A DNA stretch of 64,000 nucleotides from an uncultured Ectothiorhodospiraceae bacterium. GTDB lineage: Bacteria > Pseudomonadota > Gammaproteobacteria > CAMYNG01. Location: positions 158,219 to 222,218 of the forward strand of contig CAMYNG010000001.1 in NCBI GenBank assembly GCA_947259765.1. The letters are read 5' to 3'. The notes below the pieces were generated by a model. It had not been told where the DNA came from and did no database searches. It saw only the letters and a program-made list of their open reading frames with translations. This document shows, piece by piece, positions 40,202-48,500 of the stretch (position 1 is its first letter; each line of letters opens with the position of its first letter). A program made the translations under genes and the position numbers.

Positions 40202-40729
40202 CTACCAGGGCATAAACGAGTTCATAAATGACATTGGACGGGACACACTATTGTTCATTATCGATATGTCGTAGCGCATTTGTGCCATGGAAACATTCAT
40301 TCCGCGCATATTCATCGCCATTTCATGCATGGTGGAGGACTGGTTATCCACCGTCTGGGTCATAATGACCATATTCTTTGCTACCGAATTCATATTCACG
40401 GCAACACTGTTCATGTCCTGGTTGATTGCATCCATCGTGTCCGCAACTCGACCAATATCTTGCGTGAGACTGTAAATGAGGAAAAAGCCATACGCAGCGA
40501 GTAAGACGAATGCAAACAAAGAGGGATACACAATAAGTTCCCAACGTCGTGCGCTCGCCGTAAACGCTCTTGAAAGCTGATCCAGACTCCGGCCCAGACT
40601 ATCGTCCGCCAGAACTGCGGCACGGCCTTTGTTTGCATCAAGCTCACTGCTGTCTGCGTCTTCCGAACCTGCGGGCGTATCATCCTTAACCGGTGTTTCT
40701 GCATCGGGCTGCTTTGAATTTTCTGTCAT
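40202..40729 (-). CDS. Single-pass membrane protein with Met/Asn-rich heptad-periodic C-terminal domain
   Basis: The protein has an acidic N-terminus, a TM segment (LIVYPSLFAFVLLAAYGFFLIYSL) and then DTMDAINQDMNSVAVNMNSVAKNMVIM...MHEMAMNMRGMNVSMAQM...FMNSFMPW. Confidence 0.6.
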   Translation of the reverse strand: MTENSKQPDAETPVKDDTPAGSEDADSSELDANKGRAAVLADDSLGRSLDQLSRAFTASARRWELIVYPSLFAFVLLAAYGFFLIYSLTQDIGRVADTMDAINQDMNSVAVNMNSVAKNMVIMTQTVDNQSSTMHEMAMNMRGMNVSMAQMRYDISIMNNSVSRPMSFMNSFMPW

Positions 40730-40813
40730 TACCGACTCCTGCTGATTTCAAAATTCAGTCTGAACAGCCATCGCTGAACAGACTGATACTGCTAAAAGCA
40801 ACCCAAGCACGAC

Positions 40814-41599
40814 TCACAGCAGTCCCGCCTGTGCCATTTTTCCGTTTAACTGTGATGCCTTCTCAGGATCAAGCCCTTGAATCACCATCAGTAGATAATT
40901 AAGCTGTGCCGTCTGTTTTTGCTCCAAAAGGCGGATCGCCGCTTCAAAAAAGGCGCCGCCAGCTTCTCGCCACTTGCCTTGTGTGTAGTAAACATTACCC
41001 AGTTCACCGAACGCGTCCGCGCTTTCGGGTTCCTGACGTGTGAGAGCCAGATAATGTCGCTCTGCCGATGAGAGATCACCCACGCCGTATGCCGTACGCG
41101 CCTTTTTCAACAACTGGTAGGCTTCGCTTTGTACGCGGTCACTGCTCGCTGTTTCAACACCTTGAGCGGTGTGGTCGGCCTGTGTAACGTCAGGATATTC
41201 GGCTTGAACCAGTGGCGTTTGCGCAACGTCTTGCTGAATCGGGCTTGGCTCTTGTAAAGATGGTGGTGTCGGCTCCGATGCAAGCTCCGACGCTGGAGCC
41301 TGCGTTACTGTGGATTCAACAATCTCACTTTGCAAAACCCTGTCGTCTTCGGGAATCACGGCTACAGATTCGCCCTGCTTTACGGGCTTTGATGCCGCGA
41401 TTGGCGAGGTCGTCGTCTCATCGCTTGAACTTTCAAAACTAAACTTGAGTAACTGTGGAAGCACATGCTCAATGCGTTCGTTTAGCTTGGCATTCCAGAC
41501 CTCGGGCAGCAAAAGTGTCCTATAGTAAAACCCGGCCAACAGTGCCACGAGCACTATAATAAGCACGCTATGACTCAAGATGTGTCTAATGATCTTCAT
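40814..41599 (-). CDS. Membrane-anchored TPR-repeat protein
   Basis: The protein has an N-terminal TM segment (VLIIVLVALLAGFYY), an acidic Ser/Pro/Glu linker and C-terminal TPR-like repeats (AERHYLALTRQEPESADAFGELGNVYYTQGKWREA). Confidence 0.65.
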   Translation of the reverse strand: MKIIRHILSHSVLIIVLVALLAGFYYRTLLLPEVWNAKLNERIEHVLPQLLKFSFESSSDETTTSPIAASKPVKQGESVAVIPEDDRVLQSEIVESTVTQAPASELASEPTPPSLQEPSPIQQDVAQTPLVQAEYPDVTQADHTAQGVETASSDRVQSEAYQLLKKARTAYGVGDLSSAERHYLALTRQEPESADAFGELGNVYYTQGKWREAGGAFFEAAIRLLEQKQTAQLNYLLMVIQGLDPEKASQLNGKMAQAGLL

Positions 41600-41662
41600 C
41601 CGTCAGCACCCCTGTTTGCAAAATAATCGTCGCCTGAAATCTTGTCGTCGCATGTCATCAGC

Positions 41663-42445
41663 TCATCTATTGAACTGCGAATTTTCTCTTGAGCCCGGAG
41701 GATTCGATGCACGCGTAAAATCATCGGGCACCACAAACAAGGTTGGTGATTGTTTACCGACCTTAATATTTCGGAGTTCGCGCACAAACCCGCCTTCAAA
41801 TTCCTCGCGAATCGCTATGCGAAGTTCCGGGTCGTACCATTGCACTGACTGGAGTTGCTTGCCTCCGGGTTGGGTTGCACGCATCTCCCATCTTTCGACG
41901 TCACGACCGTCTATTTTGCCTTTACCCGCCATGCTCATTTCAGCCACTGTTCCGTCCGGAAATAATTCACGTATGGGAAATTTTCGTTCCACTTCAATCC
42001 AATGCAGGCTGCGCAGATTTTGGCTGTCGACCGTGCGAACCATTTCCCATTTTTCCGCTTTTAGGCCCGCAATGATTTCAACATCCAACTTTCGACAACG
42101 GGAATTAACTCGATCTGCGCATGGACTGAAATTTTTTCTAGCCTCGCCGGTTGGTATTGTCTGCTGTGAAATTTTCTGCTCGACAAATTGCTTTACGTCC
42201 GGCCAATATAAAATGCGTTTTTGTTGTTGCGGATAAAAAATTTCCACAACAGTTCGACCGTTGATCACTGACTCAGTGCGCACGGCGTGTTTACTCACGT
42301 TCATCTGCGCATTCATTACCAGTCCTCCAGGTGAAATTTGCAGTGCATCTGCGGAAAACTCAGCAGCCACTCCTGTCGCGTTAACAACAGGAGCGCAAGC
42401 CAATAACACGCACGTAAATAAACTCGATTTCAATTTGGAGAACAT
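41663..42445 (-). CDS. Exported/lipo-protein of unknown function
   Basis: The 260-aa protein has a signal sequence (MFSKLKSSLFTCVLLACAPVVNA) and a beta-rich body. The track ORF runs on to 42964 only because an alternative frame of the neighbouring Gly-Tyr repeat gene is open. I trimmed it to the ATG at 42445. Confidence 0.6.
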   Translation of the reverse strand: MFSKLKSSLFTCVLLACAPVVNATGVAAEFSADALQISPGGLVMNAQMNVSKHAVRTESVINGRTVVEIFYPQQQKRILYWPDVKQFVEQKISQQTIPTGEARKNFSPCADRVNSRCRKLDVEIIAGLKAEKWEMVRTVDSQNLRSLHWIEVERKFPIRELFPDGTVAEMSMAGKGKIDGRDVERWEMRATQPGGKQLQSVQWYDPELRIAIREEFEGGFVRELRNIKVGKQSPTLFVVPDDFTRASNPPGSRENSQFNR

Positions 42446-42530
42446 TGATTTTATCTCCACAGAATCGTTGCGCCTGCTGATCGCGTAGCTTATCGGGGAT
42501 CGCGCACGTCCTTGTGCAAGTCCCCCCGGG

Positions 42531-43055
42531 TTATTTGTTGGCGCCAGCCGGAGGTTGCGCCGGCGGTTGCGCGGGCGGCGCCCAACCCTGACCGCCCCAG
42601 CCTGGACCATAACCTGGGCCATAACCCGGACCATAGCCACCGCCACCGTAACCAGGTCCATAACCGCCACCGCCGTAGCCGTAACCGCCATAGCCTGGGC
42701 CACGGCCGCCGTAGCCTGGGCCGTAGCCACCGTAGCCTGGACCATAGCCACCGTAGCCTGGACCATAGCCACCGTAACCTGGACCATAGCCACCGTAACC
42801 TGGACCATAGCCACCGTAACCTGGACCATAGCCGCCGTAGCCTGGGTGGCCGTAACCCCGTCCGTAGCCACTACCCCGACCGTAGCCGGAACCGGAGCCA
42901 CGCATACTGAAGTCCATGTCGCCCCAGCCGTCGCCCCAACCATTGCCGTAACCGTTATTGCCAAACGGTCCCCACCAGGCCTGGGCCGAAGTTAACGGCA
43001 TGGCGGTTGCGCCGACCAGCGCCGCGGCTGCCATTAGATGTTTTACACGTTTCAT
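42531..43055 (-). CDS. Secreted Gly/Tyr/Pro/Trp-rich repeat protein (sulfur-globule-protein-like composition)
   Basis: The signal peptide ends ...PLTSAQA/WW. The mature part is almost only G, Y, P, W and R, with six PGYGGYG heptads plus variants, and it ends in an (AQPP)n tail. Confidence 0.7.
   Translation of the reverse strand: MKRVKHLMAAAALVGATAMPLTSAQAWWGPFGNNGYGNGWGDGWGDMDFSMRGSGSGYGRGSGYGRGYGHPGYGGYGPGYGGYGPGYGGYGPGYGGYGPGYGGYGPGYGGYGPGYGGRGPGYGGYGYGGGGYGPGYGGGGYGPGYGPGYGPGWGGQGWAPPAQPPAQPPAGANK
42699..42845 (-). repeat. Tandem 21-nt coding repeat (PGYGGYG x6 plus PGYGGRG)
   Basis: The plus-strand unit ccaccgta(a/g)cctggaccatag is repeated head-to-tail. It is in frame within the 42531-43055 CDS. 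Confidence 0.85.
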
Positions 43056-43290
43056 GATAATTGCTCCTGAAATGATGTTAACAACGTTCCACTGCGGCAG
43101 ATGTAATACCTACCGCGCCACTCTCTCTTGGTTAAAACCTACAGTGTGCAAATGTAGAGAGTCCCATCTGCCCACCACCGGCAAAGTTCTAACGGGATAA
43201 CACGAACAACACCCGCAAAGCTTTACCCTCCCTTTAAGACGACACGCGTTAACTTGCAGCAAAATTTTTCTGTCAACTCGCGCCATCTTG

Positions 43291-43980
43291 TTACCAGGCT
43301 CCAAATGGCCAGTTCATCCCCGTCAGCCCCGACGGATAACCACCATAAGGTGCCCCATAAATCGGATAGCCTGGATACATACCCAATCCGGGTGTCACTC
43401 CCGGATAGCCCCATGCCGGCCCCGGCAACCCACCCCCGGCATACGGATTGCCCCATCCACCCAGCCCATATCCACCCGCTCCATACACATTGCCAGCGTA
43501 GGGATAGGCGGGATAGGAATAGGGATGTAAATAGCCTCCCGCCGCATAGCCGGGAGGAGTTGATGGAGAATAAGAAGCCGTGCCACGTTGTTCATAACAC
43601 GGCCGATAGTGCCGGTCATATGAGCGATAAGATCGCCGCGTCGAACGCGGCAGTTCACCCCACGGGCGCGACTCGCTCGGAATTTCAAACAGATGATCAC
43701 GCACAGGTGCGCTTCGTTCACGCTCGTATCGTGGTGGAATCTGACCGAACGAATCAACGTAATACGAACCGTCGACACGTGACGCACTTCGGCGTCGGCC
43801 GGCGGGAGTTGGTTCAGTTTCCACAACCGAAGACCAACGAGACGGCCAACGATCCGGTGAATAGGTCACGCCGTTCTGTTGGCCAAAGCTTTCCGCGTTA
43901 GCAGACAGCGCAGGACACAGCAGGCTCAGGAGAATCAGACCACGTGCCGGGGGTGCGTATACTGTTGAAAGTTTCATCAT
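43291..43980 (-). CDS. Secreted protein with Arg/Ser/Tyr-rich middle and Gly/Tyr/Pro-rich C-terminus
   Basis: The signal peptide reads MMKLSTVYAPPARGLILLSLLCPALSANA/E. The C-terminus reads YPYAGNVYGAGGYGLGGWGNPYAGGGLPGPAWGYPG...YPIYGAPYGGYPSG. I chose the start ATG at 43980, preceded by GGTGAGG. Confidence 0.6.
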   Translation of the reverse strand: MMKLSTVYAPPARGLILLSLLCPALSANAESFGQQNGVTYSPDRWPSRWSSVVETEPTPAGRRRSASRVDGSYYVDSFGQIPPRYERERSAPVRDHLFEIPSESRPWGELPRSTRRSYRSYDRHYRPCYEQRGTASYSPSTPPGYAAGGYLHPYSYPAYPYAGNVYGAGGYGLGGWGNPYAGGGLPGPAWGYPGVTPGLGMYPGYPIYGAPYGGYPSGLTGMNWPFGAW

Positions 43981-44031
43981 GACCTCACCCTTAAAACCTT
44001 TGTGCATGATTCGCGTGACAAAATCTCGATC

Positions 44032-45498
44032 CTATCGCTGGGGCACGTTCGCCGGAGGACGACCTGTGTTCCAACCAGGAGGTGGTGCCCACTGTCCGTA
44101 GGGATATCCATAACCATACTGTGGCGGATATGGCCGCTGGGCCGGCGCAGGACCTGTCCCGGTTTGGTCAGGCATCTGCGGTTGCATCGGTGCGTTGAAT
44201 CGCGGTGGTCCCGACTTTTGCGTCCAATTGGGCTGCACGGGAGGTGCAGATCGATGCGCGGGAGCTTGTGACCACTCCGGCTGCGCCGGTGGTTGATATT
44301 GAGGTGGCGGTCGCTGTGCCCAATCCGGTCTTACCGGAGGCGCGGTTCGTTGGCCCGGTGCTTGTGATCTATCCGGGCGCGCCGGTGGTTGATATTGAGG
44401 CGGCGGTCGCTGTGCCCAGTCCGGTCTTACCGGAGGAGCAGTTCGCTGGCCCGGTGCTTGTGACCACTCAGGACGCGCCGGCGGTTGATATTGAGGCGGC
44501 GGTCGCTGTGCCCAGTCCGGTCTTCCCGGAGGCGCGGTTCGTTGGCCCGGTGCTTGCGACCACTCAGAACGCGCCGGTGGTTGGTACTGAGGCATCGGCC
44601 GCTGCGTCCACTCCGGTCGTGTCGGCGGTGCGTTTTGTTGCACGGGAGTTTGTGATCCGTCTGGCCGAGTCGATGGTTGAGTGTGTGGCGTCGGCCGCTG
44701 TGCCCACTCCGGTCGTGCGGGAGGTGCAGCTCGTTGTGTCGCTGCTTGCGATCCGTCGGAACGTTTTGGCGGTTGAGTATTTGGCAGTGGCCTTTGCGCC
44801 CAGTCCGGTCGAGTTGGCGGCGCGCCTCGATGCATGGGTGCTTGTGTATCGCCGGAACGAGCCGGTGGTCGATAATGCGGCCGCGGTTGTTGCGCCGGTT
44901 GCTGCCATTCGGGACGTGTGGGTACCTGATAACGCGGCATCGGTCGCTGTGCCCAGTCAGATCGTGGCGGCGGCGTGGTTCGTTGTGTCGGTGCTTGTGA
45001 TCCGCCGGGATGCGTCGGAGGTTGACTGTACGGCATCGGCGGTACCGGCCTCTGCGCCCAGTCCGGTCGAGCGGCAGGCGCGGTTCGCTGTGCTGGAACC
45101 CGTGATCTGTCGGAGCGAGCTGGCGGCTGAGTGTGCGGCATCGGCTGTGATGTCCATCCGGGTCGAACAGCTGGTTCGGCAGTTTGTGCCCTTGGCGTAC
45201 CGGTTTGAGCGGGCGCCCGCTGTGGCCAAACTGGAGCTTGTTGTGCGGAACGTTGCTGTTGTGACCAAGCAGGCATATTGGAGTAACGACCCGTCTGCGG
45301 CACGGCTCGCGGTTGACTCGGATAACCATCTTTCGACTGTGACCGATAAGGTCCGGTGGGCGGAGGCGGCATAACTTCGGAAGCGCCGTCTTGCGCAGTT
45401 TCCGCCGCAAAAGCAGTAAACGTAAAAGTGCAGGACATCAGCAGCAAGTACGCCGTAGCCAATTTGAAGTTCGAACTCTTTCTGCGCGATACTTTCAT
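44032..45498 (-). CDS. Secreted Pro/Gln/Arg/Trp-rich protein built from ~10 tandem 32-aa repeats
   Basis: The signal peptide reads MKVSRRKSSNFKLATAYLLLMSCTFTFTAFA/AE. The repeat unit is RPDWAQRPPPQYQPPARPEWSQAPGQRTAPPV. The C-terminus is Tyr/Gly-rich (PQYGYGYPYGQW). Confidence 0.65.
   Translation of the reverse strand: MKVSRRKSSNFKLATAYLLLMSCTFTFTAFAAETAQDGASEVMPPPPTGPYRSQSKDGYPSQPRAVPQTGRYSNMPAWSQQQRSAQQAPVWPQRAPAQTGTPRAQTAEPAVRPGWTSQPMPHTQPPARSDRSRVPAQRTAPAARPDWAQRPVPPMPYSQPPTHPGGSQAPTQRTTPPPRSDWAQRPMPRYQVPTRPEWQQPAQQPRPHYRPPARSGDTQAPMHRGAPPTRPDWAQRPLPNTQPPKRSDGSQAATQRAAPPARPEWAQRPTPHTQPSTRPDGSQTPVQQNAPPTRPEWTQRPMPQYQPPARSEWSQAPGQRTAPPGRPDWAQRPPPQYQPPARPEWSQAPGQRTAPPVRPDWAQRPPPQYQPPARPDRSQAPGQRTAPPVRPDWAQRPPPQYQPPAQPEWSQAPAHRSAPPVQPNWTQKSGPPRFNAPMQPQMPDQTGTGPAPAQRPYPPQYGYGYPYGQWAPPPGWNTGRPPANVPQR
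44197..45165 (-). repeat. Tandem 96-nt coding repeat array (about 10 units, the three at 44236-44523 nearly identical)
   Basis: RP(D/E)W(A/T)QRP recurs at protein residues 155, 190, 241, 273, 305, 337, 369 and 401, with a 32-residue period over the last seven. Each unit is itself two 16-aa half-units. Confidence 0.8.
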
Positions 45499-45555
45499 TT
45501 GCTTTGTCCTCATCATTAATTCCGTCACCAATTTTTCAGCTCGACAATCACATCA

Positions 45556-48500
45556 TCAACCTGGTTCATCCTTTGGAGAAGTGACACGTCGCTTAGCACG
45601 ACTCGGTACTCGCTTTCCTTTCACAGTTTTTTTCACCGTTGCTTTCTTCGCTGTCTTTTTTATATTAGTTGTTTTGCTGGTCGTACTGCCGGCAGGTTTT
45701 TTTGCTTTCCGCGTAGTCTTCCGGGTGCGGGAGGAAGAAGTCGCGGCTGCAGATTTTTTACCTACCGATTTTTTCTTTGCAGTCGATCGGGACCGAGCTT
45801 GTGTTTTGGCAGTTGATGGTTTTGAAGCTGTCTCAGCAACAGGCTTGACCGCGGCGGGCGCGGAAGATGGCGCCGAGGGTGACCCTCCGCCGCCGGGCGT
45901 ACCACCGTCTGGCGTTCCATCAGGAGTTGAGCCAGAGTCATTCCCGGATCGGCGAAAACGCTGCAGGAGGCTTGCGATCGCCATGCGCAACATCATGTAA
46001 ATCGCACGCAGGATATAAAACGCCCACGTCACCACACCGACGACTTTACCCCACAACACCAATGCCAATGGCATCTTGTTCGCCGCCGTAATCGGCTCAT
46101 CCGCAGCGGTTGCAATCGCTGCGTCACCCGGAACATCGGAAAAATAGAATTGCTTGCGCGCGCTAATGCAACCCAAGGGAATAACTACAAGCGTTAGGAT
46201 TGTCGCAACACCCGTACCAAATAGCAGACTTACCGCCATCCCCTGAAAAATAGGATCGGTAATGATCGCTGCAGCACCGGCCATCAGTGTGAGCGCAGTT
46301 ATAAAGATAGGTCGCATGCGAATTTGTCCAGCAGCAATCACGGCCTCGACAATATCGTTGTTTTGCTCCGCCTCCTTTTTGACGAATTCCACCAGCAGAA
46401 TCGAGTTGCGCACAATGATGCCCGCCAGCGCGATAAACCCAATCATTGACGTTGCAGTGAACTCCGCGCCGACCAGCCAGTGACCGGGAATTATGCCAAT
46501 TAGGGTAAGCGGAATCGGCGCCATAATCAGGCCGCCCAGCGTAAAGTTCTTGAACTCCCAAACAATGAGTCCGTAAATCAGAACCAACGCTGCCATAAAC
46601 GCGAGACCCATATCACGAAACGTTTCATAGGTAACCGTCCATTCGCCCGTCCATTCAATACCGGAACGAATATCGCTTTTCGGCGGACCAATTAAGCCAA
46701 GTGGCATCCCGCTAATGGTTACACCGTCCGGCGTGGTATATTTTGCAAGCAGGTCTTCGACATTGAACATGCCGTAAATTGGCGCACCGAGTTCGCCTTC
46801 CATTTCGCCCGTGACATACTCAATTGGGCGCAGGTCCTTATGAAATATCACCGAATCTTCCGGGCGGGGCACAAACCGGCCTAACTCGGCCAGCGGGATG
46901 GTGCCACCACTTTTCGACATAATGGGTAGATTCTTAAGGCGTTGGATCTGGGCGCGGACGGGTAACGGAACCTGAATAACGATATAGGTAGGCTCGCGTA
47001 CCACCCGCCGTTTAATGTCACCAAGCTTAAAGCCGCCCATGGACATCGCAAGATTTTGATTTATCGTATCTACCGAAACGCCATAACGAACTGCCTTTTC
47101 GATGTCTACCTCAAACTGCCAAAATTCAAACTGAGCAGAGAGATAATTATCAACATCGACAACGCCGTCCGCTTCTTCAAACATGGCAGTCATATCACGG
47201 GCGACTTGACGACGCGTATCGGCATCCGGCCCATAAACCTCCGCAACAACGGTTTGTAAAACCGGTGGACCAGGGGGCATCTCTACTACCTGTATGCGTA
47301 CGCCTGTGGCCTTTACGTCTGGACGCGCATCAATGAACTCGTTAAGTAAGTGGCGTGCCGCGACGGCAATCTCATGACTGCCTCGCTCACGCTCGTTTTT
47401 GTCCAGCAACATGACCTGAATATCAGATTGCCAGGGTTGAGATCGAAGATAGTAATGGCGAACCATTCCGTTAAAGTTAAAGGGTGACGACGTACCCACG
47501 TAGGATTGTAATGCCGTAACCTCCGGGATCCCCCGCAATTTCTCGGCAAGTGAATGCGTCACGTTTGCAGTGACGGGAAGCGCCGTTCCTTCCGGCATGT
47601 TTATTACAACATTGAATTCCGGTTTGTTATCAAAAGGCAACATTTTGACCGTGACGATGTTGAAATAAAACATCGCACAGGCCAGGAACGTCGCGCCAAT
47701 AAGACCAAACATGAAAGTCAAACCTAGTACACGATTATTGCATAGCGGATTCATGCAAGGACGATAGACTCGACCGATCCATGCCCTGATTCTCTCCTCG
47801 CGAACCTCTGCTTTTTTCAACGCCTCTAGTTGCGGTCGAACCCGCATCGCGAACCATGGTGCAAACACAAAAGCGGCAATAAGTGAGAAAAACATCGCCG
47901 CCGAGCCCAGCACCGGTATGGGACGCATATAAGGCCCCATCAGGCCGCTGACGAACCCCATAGGCAGCAAGGCTGCAATGATCGTTAGCGTAGCGAGTAT
48001 GGTTGGATTACCTACTTCACGAACCGCATCGATAGCGATCGCCAGTGTCGTTTTTCCAGCTGCCAACCAGCGTCTGAAAATGTTTTCCACGACGACGGTT
48101 GCATCGTCAACGAGTATTCCTATTGAGAAAACAAGCGCAAAGAGACTGACCCGATCGATGGTGTAGTCAATTATCCAGGCCGACCAAATAGTGACCAGGA
48201 TTACGATTGGAATAATTGTAATTACGACGGAAGCGGCACGTAGCCCCAGGCCGATAAGGCAAAGAATACTTACGGCAATCGCTGCTTCAAACAGTGCAGT
48301 CAGGAGCTCATTGACTTTATCATTCGCTGTCTTGCCGTAATCACGCGTAATTGCGATCTCTACATTCCCGGGAATTAGGTTTCCCTTTAAGGACTCAAGT
48401 TTTTCAATTACAGCATTAGCGACGGTAACTCCGTTAGTTCCAATTTTTTTTGCGATGGCGACTGTAACCGCCGGGGCGCCGTTAACGTCCTGTGCATCCG

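Noticed and set aside
41580-42236. A 218-aa plus-strand ORF antisense to the exported-protein gene.
   Set aside because: It has no recognisable domain and overlaps two better-supported minus-strand genes.
42446-42995. The N-terminal 173 aa of track ORF 41663-42964 (MAITVTAMVGATAG...) and plus-strand ORFs 42512-42910 and 42555-42995.
   Set aside because: These are alternative-frame or antisense readings of the 21-nt Gly-Tyr repeat, giving VTVAM/HRSLD-type periodic nonsense. The real downstream gene starts at the ATG at 42445 with its own signal peptide.
42699-45165. Tandem direct repeats that could be mistaken for a CRISPR array or VNTR satellite.
   Set aside because: The repeats are head-to-tail with no unique spacers. 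They are in frame and lie inside ORFs with signal peptides. No cas genes are present.
44205-45410. A 389-aa plus-strand ORF (44205-45374) and a 327-aa alternative minus frame (44427-45410) overlap the PQ-repeat gene.
   Set aside because: Both are shadow frames kept open by the GC-rich periodic repeat. They lack a signal peptide, a sensible start context or any motif. The chosen frame has an RBS, a classic signal peptide and a coherent 32-aa repeat.
45356-46000. A 214-aa plus-strand ORF antisense to the RND tail.
   Set aside because: It is a shadow of the low-complexity Lys/Ala/Ser-coding region on the opposite strand (poly-Phe/Val runs). It has no start context.
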